Of a DNA stretch of 64,000 nt, positions 28,232 to 39,398 are shown piece by piece. Location: the NCBI GenBank assembly GCA_965243135.1, contig OZ251539.1, forward strand, positions 4,288,001 through 4,352,000, read 5' to 3'. The translations under genes and the position numbers were made by a program. Within the stretch, counting starts at the first letter, position 1; every line of letters begins with the position of its first letter. This stretch comes from Alphaproteobacteria bacterium (lineage in GTDB: Bacteria; Pseudomonadota; Alphaproteobacteria; MPNO01; UBA830). The notes beneath the pieces were generated by a model. The model saw only the letters and a list, made by a program, of their open reading frames with translations, did no database searches and was not told where the DNA came from.

Positions 28232-30868
28232 CTATTCCGCGTCGATCAGTTCGCGAAGCGCCGTGCCCGGGCGGTCGAGCTCCTCGAACGATCCCTGTTC
28301 TACCACGCGGCCGGATTTCATGACGATGACCTTGTCGAACGCCCTCGCCATGGACGCCCTGTGCACCGCCCAGATCAGGCCGCGGCCGGCCATTTCCTTC
28401 TTGAGTCCTTCCAGAATTTCGGCTTGCGCCGCGCCGTCGAGGGCGGCCGTCGCCTCGTTCAGGATCAGAATGTCGGGCCGCTTCAGCGCGGCCCGCGCGA
28501 TGCCGAGCTTCTGCCGTTGCGCGCCGGACAGGCGGCCGCCGCCGGTGCCGACGTGGAAGTCGAGCCCCACGCCCATGACGGCCGACCGCAGGTCGAGCGA
28601 CCGGATGACGTCGGCGATGATCTCGCCGATCCTCTCGGCGCCGCCGGCGTGGCCGTAGGCGAGCTTCCCGAACAGGATGTTGTCCTGCAGCGACGCGGAA
28701 GCGTTGAAGCGCTCCGCATCGAAAAACTCCACGCCGCCGCGGCGCGGCAGCCCCGCCCGGAACGCTTTTCGCGCCTTCAGGATGCGGGCGCGGATATCGT
28801 CGTTGACGATGCCGAGCCGATGCCGGGCCGGGCAAAGCTTGAACGGCAGCGACAACAGCATCGTGCGCTCTTCGGGCCGCAAGGCGTCGAACCCGTGGCG
28901 GCCGCTGCGGACGAGAACCGACTGGAACTCCGGAAGGTCGTCGGAGGAAATGAAGCTGAACTGCTCGAAGAACGGATGGCCGCGAGGCAGGTCGGCGAAG
29001 ATCTCCACCATCGTCGACGCGACCTGCTGGCCGGCGTCGAGGAAAATTTCGACCAGGTCCTCGGATTCCAGCAACGCGAGGACGTACGGGTTCTCCGCGA
29101 GGCGGTCCATGCCGAACGCGGGATCGACCGGCGTGCCGAAGAGAAGGTTCTCGCCGAGAGTCGCGTTGTCGTTGTAGCGGTCGGAATCGAACGTCTCGAC
29201 CAGCGCCGCGATTTTCGGATCGTCGAGGCGCGCGCGAAACGCCGCGCGCGCCTCCATGAAGCGCGCCGCGAGGTCGCCGTCCGGATCTGTCGACCCGCGC
29301 AGGCCGAGCTCGTAGATGTCGCGATCGAGTCCCACCAGGGACAGGACCTCGAACGCCCGGTCGACGAGCGCGTCGCCCGTGGCGGCGTAATCGGTCCAGT
29401 CGGCGTCCGGATCGTCGGTCGAATTGCCGGTCGCCCGCGCCTCCGCGAGCCGGCGGGCCTCGCGAGCGGCCTCCTCGGGACCGCGCTCGGACGCGCGCAG
29501 CGGCGCGTGCCGCACGCCGTAGAGCAGATTGTCGCGCACCGTGGTCGAGAACATGAATGCGGCCGGTCCGACGTAGGCGAGGCGGCGGCCCGTCACCGCC
29601 TCCGGCAGCTCGTCGGCGAGCGCGCCGCCGATCCGGAGCGCGCCGGAATCGGGATTCAGCAGCCGCGCCAGCATCTGCGCCGTCTCGTCCTTGCCGGATC
29701 CGCCTATTCCCGCCAGCGCCACGTGATCCGTCGCGGCGAAGGCGAACGAGGCGTCGTCCACCAGCCTGGCCTCGGTGTCGTCGGTCAGCCCGATGCCCGC
29801 CGCGGCGATCTCGCCGCCGAGCGGCTCGACCGTCTCGGGTTCGTCGAGCTGCTGCCCAGAATCCATCATGCCGGGCGCCGCGAACTGCTCGACGACCTGC
29901 TCGAACTTGATCCGGGCGTCCTGCTGCCGCTGGTAGAAATTGAGCAGCTCCTTCCAGGGCGCGGCCAGATCCTTGTGCGCCGCGATCGCCGCCATCAGCG
30001 TGCCGATGTCCAGTTCGCCTTCGATGACCAGCCAGCCGCCGATCGCGTAGAAGCAGAACGGGCCGAGCTGATTGATCGAATTGTTGAGGAACTTGATGAC
30101 GAATTTCCAGACGTAGATCCGGAGCCGCACCTCGTAGATCGCACCGAGCTGCCGGGAAAACGCCGCCAGCTCGCGCCGCGCCGCGTTGTTCGCATGCACC
30201 TCCTGAACGCCCGCCACCGTCTCGCCGATCCGGTCGGACAGCCGCCGCACGAGACGGACCCGCTCCTTGGCGAGCTGGTTCACGCGGCGCTGCAGCTTCG
30301 GAATGACGTAGAGCTGAAGCGGATACAGCGCGACCGCCGCCAGCGCCACCAGCCAGTTCTGGATGAACAGGAACGCCAGAATGACGACGAGATAGCCGCC
30401 CTGGAAAACGGGAAGCTTGAAGGCGTCTCCGATGAACCCGCCGAGCGGCTCGACCTCGGAGGCGATCATCGTGATCAACTCTCCCTGCGAGGTCTTCCGG
30501 AACCGCGGAAGCGGGAAACGAAGGATGCGCCCGTAGAGGTCGTAGCGCAGGCGCCGCAGCATGCGTTCCCCGGTGACGCCGCTGTAGACGTTGATGACGT
30601 ATTTGAACCCCTGATTGACGGCGACCAGCAGCAGGAAGACTCCGGACAGCGCGAGCAGGTAGGAGATCTGGTCCAGCTGGAATCCCTGGACGGCCACCGG
30701 AAAGTCGACGCCCTTCGCCTCGATCGCGTCGTTGATGATCAGCTTCGGCAGCTCGTAGAACGCGTAGAGAAAGGGAAACGAGGCGATCGCCATGACGGTC
30801 AGGACGATCTGGCGGCCGAGCGAGTGCTCGAATATGTATCTGTAGACGTTCTTGTCCACGAGGGGCAT
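28232..30868 (-). CDS. ABC exporter (TMD + atypical NBD with large insertion)
   Basis: ABC membrane domain (GERMLRRLRY, EVEPLGGF), Walker A GIGGSGKD, signature LSGAQRQK, Walker B ILILNE. Confidence 0.88.
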   Translation of the reverse strand: MPLVDKNVYRYIFEHSLGRQIVLTVMAIASFPFLYAFYELPKLIINDAIEAKGVDFPVAVQGFQLDQISYLLALSGVFLLLVAVNQGFKYVINVYSGVTGERMLRRLRYDLYGRILRFPLPRFRKTSQGELITMIASEVEPLGGFIGDAFKLPVFQGGYLVVILAFLFIQNWLVALAAVALYPLQLYVIPKLQRRVNQLAKERVRLVRRLSDRIGETVAGVQEVHANNAARRELAAFSRQLGAIYEVRLRIYVWKFVIKFLNNSINQLGPFCFYAIGGWLVIEGELDIGTLMAAIAAHKDLAAPWKELLNFYQRQQDARIKFEQVVEQFAAPGMMDSGQQLDEPETVEPLGGEIAAAGIGLTDDTEARLVDDASFAFAATDHVALAGIGGSGKDETAQMLARLLNPDSGALRIGGALADELPEAVTGRRLAYVGPAAFMFSTTVRDNLLYGVRHAPLRASERGPEEAAREARRLAEARATGNSTDDPDADWTDYAATGDALVDRAFEVLSLVGLDRDIYELGLRGSTDPDGDLAARFMEARAAFRARLDDPKIAALVETFDSDRYNDNATLGENLLFGTPVDPAFGMDRLAENPYVLALLESEDLVEIFLDAGQQVASTMVEIFADLPRGHPFFEQFSFISSDDLPEFQSVLVRSGRHGFDALRPEERTMLLSLPFKLCPARHRLGIVNDDIRARILKARKAFRAGLPRRGGVEFFDAERFNASASLQDNILFGKLAYGHAGGAERIGEIIADVIRSLDLRSAVMGVGLDFHVGTGGGRLSGAQRQKLGIARAALKRPDILILNEATAALDGAAQAEILEGLKKEMAGRGLIWAVHRASMARAFDKVIVMKSGRVVEQGSFEELDRPGTALRELIDAE

Positions 30869-31020
30869 CCGGATTCCGGCAGCGACGCGGCCGTTTTTAC
30901 GACAGGGCCGCGCCCGGCCGCAACGCGCCCGTCGCGGACGCGGAGGCGGACCCGCCGCGGCGCGGTGTTTACATGCATGGGATCCGCGCTATTTACATGC
31001 CGAAACGCGGGGAGTTCGCG

Positions 31021-32217
31021 ATGCGCCAGAAGCGGGTCCTGATATACAGCCACGACAGTTTCGGCCTGGGGCACCTGCGCCGCTGCCGGGCGATCGCGCA
31101 CGCCCTCGCGAACGACGATCCCGAGGTTTCCGTCCTGATCCTGTCCGGATCGCCGATCATCGGCAATTTCGACTTCCGCCGCCGGGTGGACTTCATCCGC
31201 GTGCCCGGCGTGATCAAGCTCCGCAACGGCGAGTACACGTCGCTGAGCCTGGGACTCGACGTCGAGCAGACCCTCGCCGTGCGCGCCTCGATCATCCGGC
31301 ACACGGCCGACATCTTCGATCCGGACATCTTCATCGTCGACAAGGAGCCGCTCGGGCTGCGCGGCGAGGTCGGCGAGACGCTCCGGCTGCTGGCCGAGCG
31401 GGGCACGCCGCTGGTGCTCGGACTGCGCGACGTGATGGACGAGCCTGCGCTCCTCGCTCCCGAATGGGAGCGGAAAAACGTCGCTCCGGCGCTGACCGGC
31501 CTCTACGACGAGATATGGGTTTACGGCCTTCCCCAGATTTGCGACCCGCTGGCCGAGATCGACCTGCCGCCGGCGGTGCGGCGAAAGACGGTGTTCACCG
31601 GCTACCTCAGGCGCGAAGCCGCGCACGCCGAACGCGCGCCGCGACCGGCTTTCGACCGGCCCTACCTGCTGGTGACCCCGGGCGGCGGCGGCGACGGGGA
31701 GGCGCTGATCGACTGGGTGCTGCGCGCCTACGAACGGGACCGCCGCGCGCCGCATCCCGCGCTGCTCGTGTTCGGTCCGTTCATGCAGCAGGACAGGCAG
31801 GCGGAGTTCGCGCGGCGCGCGGCGCAACTGCCGAAGGTGAAGGCCATCACGTTCGAGGCGAACATCGAACCGCTGATCGCCGCCGCCGCCGGGGTCGTGG
31901 CGATGGGCGGCTACAACACGTTCTGCGAAATCCTCACCTTCGACAAGCCCGCCCTGGTCGTGCCGCGAACCGTGCCGCGAAAGGAGCAGTTCATCCGCGC
32001 GACCCGCGCGCAAGAGCTCGGCCTGCTGAGCATGCTGCCGGACGACGGCGAAAGAAGCGCCTCGGCGATGGCGACGGCCCTCCGCCACCTGCCGCAACAG
32101 ACGCGTCCGTCGGACGTGGTGGTGCCCGGCCTGCTCGACGGACTGCCCAACGTCAACCGCCTCGCGTCCCGGCTCTTCGCCGGCCGGGGACGTCCGCGGG
32201 TGGCGATCGCCGAATGA
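31021..32217 (+). CDS. Glycosyltransferase (GT-B, GT28-like)
   Basis: YSHDSFGLGHLRR, TPGGGGDG, MGGYNTFCE, VPR...EQFIRA. Confidence 0.88.
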   Translation: MRQKRVLIYSHDSFGLGHLRRCRAIAHALANDDPEVSVLILSGSPIIGNFDFRRRVDFIRVPGVIKLRNGEYTSLSLGLDVEQTLAVRASIIRHTADIFDPDIFIVDKEPLGLRGEVGETLRLLAERGTPLVLGLRDVMDEPALLAPEWERKNVAPALTGLYDEIWVYGLPQICDPLAEIDLPPAVRRKTVFTGYLRREAAHAERAPRPAFDRPYLLVTPGGGGDGEALIDWVLRAYERDRRAPHPALLVFGPFMQQDRQAEFARRAAQLPKVKAITFEANIEPLIAAAAGVVAMGGYNTFCEILTFDKPALVVPRTVPRKEQFIRATRAQELGLLSMLPDDGERSASAMATALRHLPQQTRPSDVVVPGLLDGLPNVNRLASRLFAGRGRPRVAIAE

Positions 32218-33458
32218 CGCGCCCGGAAACCGTCGCCGTCGTGGTCAAGGGGTATCCGCGGCTTTCGGAGACCTTCATCGCCCATGAACTGCGCGGCCTC
32301 GAGGAGCGGGGCGCCGCGCTCCGCATCTATTCGCTCCGCCGCCCCGCGGACCGCCGCCTGCATCCCGTGCACCGCGAGATCCGGGCTCCGGTCGCCTACC
32401 TGCCGGAGTACCTCCACCGGGAGATCGCGCGCGTCGTTCGCGCATGGCGCTCCGTCCGCCGGCGGCCCGGCTACGCCGCGGCGCGGCGCGCGTGGCTCCG
32501 CGACCTGCGGCGCGACCCCACGCCCAACAGGGCGCGGCGTTTCGGGCAAGCGCTGGTCCTGGCGCGCGAGCTGCCGGGCGACGTCCGGCACCTCCACGCC
32601 CACTTTCTGCATACGCCGGCCTCGGTCGCGCGCTACGCCGCCCTGCTCGCCGGCCTGCCGTGGAGCGTCTCCGCGCACGCCAAGGACATCTGGACCTCGC
32701 CCGAATGGGAGAAGCGGGAAAAGCTCGCCGCCTGCTCCTGGGCGGTCGCCTGTTCGGCCGCCGCCCGCGACCATCTGGCGGCGCTCGCGCCGTCCGACGG
32801 CGCGGTGGAACTGGTCTATCACGGCCTCGACCGCCGCCGCTTTCCGCCGCCGCCCGCCCGCCCGCCGCGCGACGGCAGCGGCGAACCGATCCGCATCCTC
32901 TGCGTCGGGCGCGCCGTCGAAAAGAAGGGCCACGACGTCCTGCTCGACGCCCTCGCCCGCCTGCCGGACGGGATCGAATGGCAGCTGCATCTCGTCGGCG
33001 GCGGACCTCTGAGCGGAGCGTTGCGCCGCCGCGCCGCCCGCCTGGGCATCGGCGACCGGGTGTTCCGGCACGGCCCGCTGCCGCAGGAGGACGTCATCGC
33101 GCACTACCGCGCCGCCGACCTCTTCGTTCTGGCGAGCCGCATCGGCCGGAACGGCGACCGCGACGGCTTGCCGAACGTTCTGATGGAGGCGCAGAGCCAG
33201 GGACTCGCCTGCATCGCGACGCGGGTCTCGGCCATTCCGGAACTCGTCGAGCACGGCAGGACGGGCCTGCTGGTCGCCGCCGGGAACCCGGACGCGCTCG
33301 CCGCCGCGATCGCGGATCTCGCCGCCGATCCCGACCGCCGCCGGCGCCTGGGCCGCGCCGCCGAGACCGTCGTCCGGAACCGGTTTTCGTTCGACGCCGG
33401 CGTCGACCGCCTGGCCGCAAGGCTGGGCGCGCCGCCTCCCGCCGCGCGCGCCGCGTGA
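32214..33458 (+). CDS. Glycosyltransferase family 4
   Basis: KGYPRLSETFI, HAHFLHTP, GRAVEKKG, DGLPNVLMEA. Confidence 0.92.
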   Translation: MTRPETVAVVVKGYPRLSETFIAHELRGLEERGAALRIYSLRRPADRRLHPVHREIRAPVAYLPEYLHREIARVVRAWRSVRRRPGYAAARRAWLRDLRRDPTPNRARRFGQALVLARELPGDVRHLHAHFLHTPASVARYAALLAGLPWSVSAHAKDIWTSPEWEKREKLAACSWAVACSAAARDHLAALAPSDGAVELVYHGLDRRRFPPPPARPPRDGSGEPIRILCVGRAVEKKGHDVLLDALARLPDGIEWQLHLVGGGPLSGALRRRAARLGIGDRVFRHGPLPQEDVIAHYRAADLFVLASRIGRNGDRDGLPNVLMEAQSQGLACIATRVSAIPELVEHGRTGLLVAAGNPDALAAAIADLAADPDRRRRLGRAAETVVRNRFSFDAGVDRLAARLGAPPPAARAA

Positions 33459-33471
33459 ACCGGCGCCCGTC

Positions 33472-34569
33472 GTGCGGATCGCCTTCTACGCGCCGATGAA
33501 GCCTTTCGATTCGCCCGTTCCGTCGGGCGACAGGCAAATGGCGCGCAACCTCGTCCGCGCCCTCGAAGCCGCCGGGCACGACGTGTTCGTGCCGAGCCGG
33601 TTCGTCAGCCGCGATCCGTCCGGCGACGCCGCGCGCCAGAAGCGAATCGCGGCGCTGGGCGCGAAACTGGCCGACCGGTTAACCCGGCGGTGGCGCGGCG
33701 CCTCCGCCGCGCCGGACGCCTGGTTCACCTACCACGTCTACCACAAGTCGCCGGACTGGCTGGGACCGCGGATTCGGCGGAAGACCGGGATTCCCTACTT
33801 CATCGCCGAAGCCTCGCACGCGCCCAAGCAGTCCGGCGGACGATGGGACGAGGGCTATCGCGGCGCGGAGGCCGCCATTCGGGCGGCCGACGGAATCGTC
33901 GGCCTGTCCTCTCTCGACGCGCATTGCGTGCTGCCGCTGCTCGAAGACGCCGGCCGCTATCACCGCCTCGCCCCCTTCACCGACACGGGACCGTTCCTTG
34001 CGGCGGCGCGCCGCAGGGTCCGGCCGCCGGAAGCTCCGCGGCTGCTCGCCGTCGGCATGATGCGTCGCGGCGACAAGCTCGCGAGCTACCGTCTGCTCGC
34101 CTGCGCCCTGCGCCGCGCGGCCGACCGGCCGTGGTCGCTGACCATCGCCGGAGACGGGCCGGCGCGGAACGACGTGGCGGCCGCGTTCGCGTCTTGCCCG
34201 CGAAGCCGGATACGCTGGACCGGCGCGGTCGCCCCGAACCGCCTGCCGGAGATCTACGCCGCCGCCGACGTCCTGGCGTGGCCGGCGATCAACGAAGCCT
34301 ACGGCATGGCGCTGCTCGAAGCCCAGGCGACCGGACTTCCGGTCGTGGCGGGCCGTTCCGGCGGCGTCCCGGACATCGTGCGCGACGGCGAGACCGGCCT
34401 GCTGACGGAACCCGGCGACGCGGCGGCGTTCGCCGCCGCGTTGCGGACCCTCCTGGCGGATCCGGAAAGGCGGCGGAAGATGGCGCGGGCGGCGCTGCGC
34501 GGAGCCCGGGAACGACACGACCTGAAGGCGGCCGCCGCTCGGCTCGACGGCATCCTGCGCACGGCATGA
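33472..34569 (+). CDS. Glycosyltransferase family 4
   Basis: FYAPMKP...PSGDRQMAR, EAYGMALLEAQA. Confidence 0.9.
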   Translation: MRIAFYAPMKPFDSPVPSGDRQMARNLVRALEAAGHDVFVPSRFVSRDPSGDAARQKRIAALGAKLADRLTRRWRGASAAPDAWFTYHVYHKSPDWLGPRIRRKTGIPYFIAEASHAPKQSGGRWDEGYRGAEAAIRAADGIVGLSSLDAHCVLPLLEDAGRYHRLAPFTDTGPFLAAARRRVRPPEAPRLLAVGMMRRGDKLASYRLLACALRRAADRPWSLTIAGDGPARNDVAAAFASCPRSRIRWTGAVAPNRLPEIYAAADVLAWPAINEAYGMALLEAQATGLPVVAGRSGGVPDIVRDGETGLLTEPGDAAAFAAALRTLLADPERRRKMARAALRGARERHDLKAAAARLDGILRTA

Positions 34570-35156
34570 CGCTCGTCGCCCTCATACGCCACGGACCCAC
34601 CGGATGGAACGAGGAACGGCGCCTGCAGGGCCGCGCCGACAGGCCTCTCTCGGCGGCCGGACGCGCGCGGGTCGCCGGCTGGCGCGTGCCCGGCGAATAC
34701 CGGGACTTCAAATGGGTCTCGAGCCCGCTGAAGCGCGCGCGCCAGACGGCGGAGATCCTGGAACTCCCGATCTCCCGCCTCGAACCCGCGATCGTCGAAA
34801 TGGACTGGGGCGACTGGGAAGGGCGCACCCGCCCGGAACTCGACGAAAAATACGGCGGCGAAGTCGCCGAGCGAACGGCGATGGGACTCGACCTCCGGCC
34901 GCACAACGGAGAGACTCCCCGGGAGGTGCGCGCGCGCGTCGCGGGCTGGATGGAATCCGTCGCGACCGCCGGCCGGCCCGTCGGCGCGGTCTGCCACCAG
35001 GGCATCGTCCGCGCCGCCCTGTCGCTCGCCACCGGCTGGACCATGATCGGAAAGCCGCCGGTGCGGATGGATTGGGACAGCCTCCACCTGTTCCGGGCGA
35101 ACGCCGGCGAAGCCCTCGAAATCGTCGAAATGAACGTCGGGTTGCGCGAGCCGTGA
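34566..35156 (+). CDS. Histidine phosphatase family protein
   Basis: LIRHGPTGWN, SSPLKRARQTA, EMDWGDWEG, VCHQG. Confidence 0.9.
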   Translation: MTLVALIRHGPTGWNEERRLQGRADRPLSAAGRARVAGWRVPGEYRDFKWVSSPLKRARQTAEILELPISRLEPAIVEMDWGDWEGRTRPELDEKYGGEVAERTAMGLDLRPHNGETPREVRARVAGWMESVATAGRPVGAVCHQGIVRAALSLATGWTMIGKPPVRMDWDSLHLFRANAGEALEIVEMNVGLREP

Positions 35157-36292
35157 CGCGCCGGATTTTCTTCTGGGTGCAGCACCTCCTCGGCGTCGGC
35201 CACCTGAAGCGGGCCGCGACGCTGACGCGCGCCTTCCGCCGCGCCGGAATGGACGTGACCCTGGTTTCCGGCGGAGACGAGGTCGCCGGCCTGGATCTCG
35301 CCGGCGCCCGGTTCGTCCAGCTGCCTCCCGTGCGCGCCTCCGGCCGGTCCTTCCGGATCCTGCTCGACCGCGACGGGCGCGAAATCGACAGCGCGTATCG
35401 CGCCGCGCGCCGCGACCTGCTGATGCGCGCCTGGCGCGACTGCTCGCCGCACGCGATCGTGACGGAACTGTTCCCGTTCGGCCGCCGCCAGTTGCGGCAC
35501 GAGCTGCTGCCGCTGCTCGAAGCGGCGAGGGCGGAACTCGACCGCCCCCTGATCGTGTCGTCGGTTCGCGACATCCTCGTCGAGCCTCCCCGGCCGGAGC
35601 GCGCCGCGGAAATGCTGGAGCGCGCGAAAACGCTGTACGACCGGGTGCTGGTTCACGGCGACCCCGCCCTCGTCGCCTTCGACCGGACCTTCGCGCACGC
35701 CTCGCGAATCGCCGACCGCATCTTCCATACCGGCTACGTCGTCGACCCTCCCGCGCCCTCGCCGGGAGGGCCGGGCGAAGGCGAAGTCGTCGTTTCGGCG
35801 GGCGGCGGCGCCGTAGGCGAAACGCTGTTCCGCGCCGCGGTCGCGGCGCGGCCGCGGACCCGCCTCGCCGGCCGGACATGGCGGATTTTGGCGGGGCCGG
35901 GGCTGGCCGACGACAGGTTTTCGGCGCTCGCCGGCGAGGCCCCGGACGGCGTGGTCGTCGAGCGGTCGCGCGCGGATTTCGGAACGCTGATCGCCAACTG
36001 CGCGCTGTCGATCAGCCAGGGCGGATACAACACGGTGATGGAGCTCCTCGCGGCGGGAACGCGCAGCGTGATCGTTCCCTACGCCGGCGGCCTGGAAACC
36101 GAGCAGACCCTGCGGTCCCGGCTCCTGGAGAACCGGAACGGCATCCGCGCGATCGCGGAGGACGGCCTCGACGCCGCCGGCCTCGCGGCCGCGGTCGACG
36201 CCGCTCTCGACGCGCCGCCGCCGGACGCGGCGGGGATCGACATGAACGGGGCCGAGGCCAGCGCCCGCCTGATCGGCGAGTGGCTGTCGTGA
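35153..36292 (+). CDS. Glycosyltransferase (GT-B, GT28-like)
   Basis: VQHLLGVGHLKR, ELFPFGRR, SAGGGAVG, SQGGYNT, ETEQTLR. Confidence 0.88.
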   Translation: MTRRIFFWVQHLLGVGHLKRAATLTRAFRRAGMDVTLVSGGDEVAGLDLAGARFVQLPPVRASGRSFRILLDRDGREIDSAYRAARRDLLMRAWRDCSPHAIVTELFPFGRRQLRHELLPLLEAARAELDRPLIVSSVRDILVEPPRPERAAEMLERAKTLYDRVLVHGDPALVAFDRTFAHASRIADRIFHTGYVVDPPAPSPGGPGEGEVVVSAGGGAVGETLFRAAVAARPRTRLAGRTWRILAGPGLADDRFSALAGEAPDGVVVERSRADFGTLIANCALSISQGGYNTVMELLAAGTRSVIVPYAGGLETEQTLRSRLLENRNGIRAIAEDGLDAAGLAAAVDAALDAPPPDAAGIDMNGAEASARLIGEWLS

Positions 36293-37047
36293 GCTGGCGG
36301 GCGCTGAACGCCGAACTCGACGCCTGGTCGGCGGCCGGAGCCGCGGCCGAGTTCTGGTGGCGCGACGACGACGCCGCCGACGCCGGTCCCGCGCTGCGCC
36401 GCCTTCTCGCGTTGCGGCGAAAGGCGGACGTGCCGCTCGCCCTCGCAGCGATACCGCGCGCCGTCACGCCCGCGCTCGTCCGGGCGTTGGAGCGGGAAGC
36501 CGAGGTCGCCCTCCTGCAGCACGGCTGGGCGCATGCCGACCGCGCCCCCGCGGGCGCGAAGAAGGCCGAATTCGGGGAAGGCCGCGACCTGCTGGAAGCC
36601 GTCCGCGAAATCGCCGAAGGCCGGTCCCGCCTTCGGCGCCTGTTCGGGAAACGGCCCGAGGCGCTGGTCCCCCCCTGGAACCGCATCGGCGGCTCCGTCG
36701 CCGCGCTGCTGCCCGGTCTCGGGATTTTCGGCATCAGCGGGTTCGGCCCCCGCCGGGAGCCGGCTTCTCCGGCCCTGACCGCGGTGAACGCCCATATCGA
36801 CATAATCGACTGGAAGGGAACGCACGGCTTCGCGGGAGAGGAGGCGGCGATTTCCGCCGCCGTGGCCCATCTCGCCGACCGGCGGCGGGGAGCCGCGGAC
36901 CCGGCGGAGCCCACCGGCTTGCTGACCCACCATCTGGTTCACGACGAGGATTCGTGGAATTTCCTCGCCCGGTTCCTGAGCGAAACGGCGGCGCATCCGG
37001 CGGTTCGCTGGCGCCGGGCCGGCGAACTCTTCGAACTCCGCGCGTGA
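36289..37047 (+). CDS. Polysaccharide deacetylase family protein
   Basis: WWRDDDA, QHGWAH, VPPWNRI, LTHHL. Confidence 0.85.
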   Translation: MSWRALNAELDAWSAAGAAAEFWWRDDDAADAGPALRRLLALRRKADVPLALAAIPRAVTPALVRALEREAEVALLQHGWAHADRAPAGAKKAEFGEGRDLLEAVREIAEGRSRLRRLFGKRPEALVPPWNRIGGSVAALLPGLGIFGISGFGPRREPASPALTAVNAHIDIIDWKGTHGFAGEEAAISAAVAHLADRRRGAADPAEPTGLLTHHLVHDEDSWNFLARFLSETAAHPAVRWRRAGELFELRA

Positions 37048-37517
37048 GCGTCCACCGGCACGGCCTGCGGTCGCTCGCGGCGGACTACGCCCGCTGCGGC
37101 GCGGGCCTGGCCGCGACGGTCGCGCCGCTGATCGCCGTGCCGCTGCTGCCCGCTCTCGCCTGGGCGTTCGCGGCGGCCGCCGTGCTCTTCGCGCTGCACG
37201 GAACGAGGACGGCCCTGCGCCACCTCAGCGTCGTCGAGTGCGGCGAGGAAGGCATCCGCCTGCGCGGGCCGATCCCGAAATCGATCCGGTGGTCGGAGCT
37301 GCGCGGCTTTCGCCTGCGCTATTTCAGCGCCCGCCGCGACCGCGAGCGCGGCTGGATGCAACTCGTCCTCGAGGGTTCGAAGTCGACGCTGCGCGTCGAA
37401 TCGACTCTGGCGGGCTTTGGGGATATCGTCGCGCGCGCGGCCGAAGCGGCGGCAGCCGCCGGCCTCGACCTTTCGCCGGCGACGCTCGGCAACCTCGAGC
37501 GGTTGCGGCGCGACTGA
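37044..37517 (+). CDS. Conserved hypothetical membrane protein
   Basis: Two TM segments then LRYFSARRDRERGWMQL; GTGA-coupled within the operon. Confidence 0.75.
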   Translation: MSVHRHGLRSLAADYARCGAGLAATVAPLIAVPLLPALAWAFAAAAVLFALHGTRTALRHLSVVECGEEGIRLRGPIPKSIRWSELRGFRLRYFSARRDRERGWMQLVLEGSKSTLRVESTLAGFGDIVARAAEAAAAAGLDLSPATLGNLERLRRD

Positions 37518-37529
37518 GAGCGGATCTCC

Positions 37530-39398
37530 ATGCCGGATCTCCTGAACGTGAGCGGCCTCGAGGTCGAATTCCGCGTCGCCGAGGGGACGATTCGCGCCGT
37601 TGACGGCGTCGACTTCAGAGTCCCGGCCGGCAGGACCGTCGCGCTGGTCGGCGAATCGGGGTCCGGCAAATCCGTCGTCTCCCAGGCGATCACGGGCATC
37701 CTGCCGAAGAGCGCGCGCGCAACGGGAGGCGAAATCGTATTCCGCGACCCGCGAGGCGGAGCCCCGGTCGACCTCCTCCGGCTCGACGAGCCCGCGATGC
37801 GCCGCATCCGGGGGGGGCGCATTTCGATAATCTTCCAGGAGCCGATGACCTCGCTGTCGCCGTTGCACACCGTCGGCGACCAGGTTTCCGAAGCGCTGTT
37901 CATCCACCGCGACCTCTCCCGGGCCGAGGGGCTGAAGGCGACGGCGGAAATGCTGCGCCTCGTCGGTTTCCCCGATCCCCGAAAGGCGCTCGACACCTAT
38001 CCGTTCGAGCTTTCGGGCGGGCTCCGCCAGCGCGCGATGATCGCGATGGCGCTGGTCTGCCGGCCGGCGCTGCTGATCGCCGACGAGCCGACGACGGCGC
38101 TCGACGTGACGATCCAGGCGCAGATCCTCAAGCTGATCGGCGACCTTCGGGAAGAGCTTCGCATGGCCGTGCTCATGATCACGCACGATCTCGGAGTCGT
38201 GGCGAACGTCGCCGACGAGATCGTGGTCATGTATCGCGGCCGCGTGCTGGAGCGCGGCGCTCTGGAGGACATCTTCGAGGACCCGCGGCACGACTACCTC
38301 AAGGCGCTGCTGCGCGCCGTGCCGCGCTTCCACATGAAGCCGGGCGAACGCCTGACGCCGCTGCGCGAGATCGCGCACCGCACCGGCCATCTGCTGGCGA
38401 GGCGCGACGACGCGCCGGTCGCGCCGGAAGGGCCGCTTCTGGAGGTCAGGGGGCTGACGAAGACCTACCGCCTGCGCAAGGGCGGCCTTTTCGAGGGCGG
38501 CGAGACGCTGAACGTGACGGCGGTCGACGACGTCGGCTTCGCCGTCGGCCAGGGAGAATGCCTCGGCCTCGTCGGCGAGTCGGGATGCGGCAAGACCACG
38601 CTGTCGAAGATGATCATGTGCGCGCTGCGGCCCGACTCGGGCGAAGTGATCTTCGACGACGGAGCCTCGAAGATCGACCTGACGCGGCTCGGCGAGCGCG
38701 AGCTTCTGCCTTATCGCCGCAGAATCCAGTTCGTCTTCCAGGATCCGTTCTCGTCGCTCAACCCCCGCATGACGGTGTTCGACATCGTTTCGGAGCCGCT
38801 GGTCATCCACGATATCGGCGATCGCGCCTACCGCGCCGAGATGGTCCAGGAACTGATGGCGCTGGTCGGCCTCGATCCGCGTTTCCTGAACCGCTATCCG
38901 CATTCCTTTTCGGGCGGCCAGAGGCAGCGCATCGGCATCGCCCGCGCTCTCGCCCTCAAGCCCGAACTTCTTCTGTGCGACGAGCCGGTGTCGGCGCTCG
39001 ACGTCTCGGTGCAGGCGCAGATCCTGAACCTCCTGAAGGATCTGCAGCAGGAGCTGGGACTGACCTATCTGTTCGTCTCGCACAATCTCGCGGTCGTCGA
39101 CTACGTTTCCGACCGCATCGCGGTGATGTGCGCCGGCCGGATCGTCGAGACCGCGCCTCGCGAAGTCCTCTTCCGGAGGCCGGTCCACCCCTACACCAGG
39201 GCCTTGCTGTCGGCCGTTCCCGAGCCGGATCCCCGCTACCGGCTGGATCTCGAAGCGCTGATGGAAGGCCGGGCTTCCGTTCCCGCCGAGTGGCCGGCGC
39301 CCTTCGGCGGCGATCTGCCGCTTTCCATGATCGATCTCGGCGGCGGCCACAGCGTGCGCGCCAGCGAAAACGCCGACGTTCGGGAATTGGCGCCGTGA
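37530..39398 (+). CDS. Peptide/nickel-type ABC transporter ATP-binding protein (two NBDs)
   Basis: GESGSGKS and [16 protein letters not shown] and [16 protein letters not shown]. Confidence 0.95.
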   Translation: MPDLLNVSGLEVEFRVAEGTIRAVDGVDFRVPAGRTVALVGESGSGKSVVSQAITGILPKSARATGGEIVFRDPRGGAPVDLLRLDEPAMRRIRGGRISIIFQEPMTSLSPLHTVGDQVSEALFIHRDLSRAEGLKATAEMLRLVGFPDPRKALDTYPFELSGGLRQRAMIAMALVCRPALLIADEPTTALDVTIQAQILKLIGDLREELRMAVLMITHDLGVVANVADEIVVMYRGRVLERGALEDIFEDPRHDYLKALLRAVPRFHMKPGERLTPLREIAHRTGHLLARRDDAPVAPEGPLLEVRGLTKTYRLRKGGLFEGGETLNVTAVDDVGFAVGQGECLGLVGESGCGKTTLSKMIMCALRPDSGEVIFDDGASKIDLTRLGERELLPYRRRIQFVFQDPFSSLNPRMTVFDIVSEPLVIHDIGDRAYRAEMVQELMALVGLDPRFLNRYPHSFSGGQRQRIGIARALALKPELLLCDEPVSALDVSVQAQILNLLKDLQQELGLTYLFVSHNLAVVDYVSDRIAVMCAGRIVETAPREVLFRRPVHPYTRALLSAVPEPDPRYRLDLEALMEGRASVPAEWPAPFGGDLPLSMIDLGGGHSVRASENADVRELAP

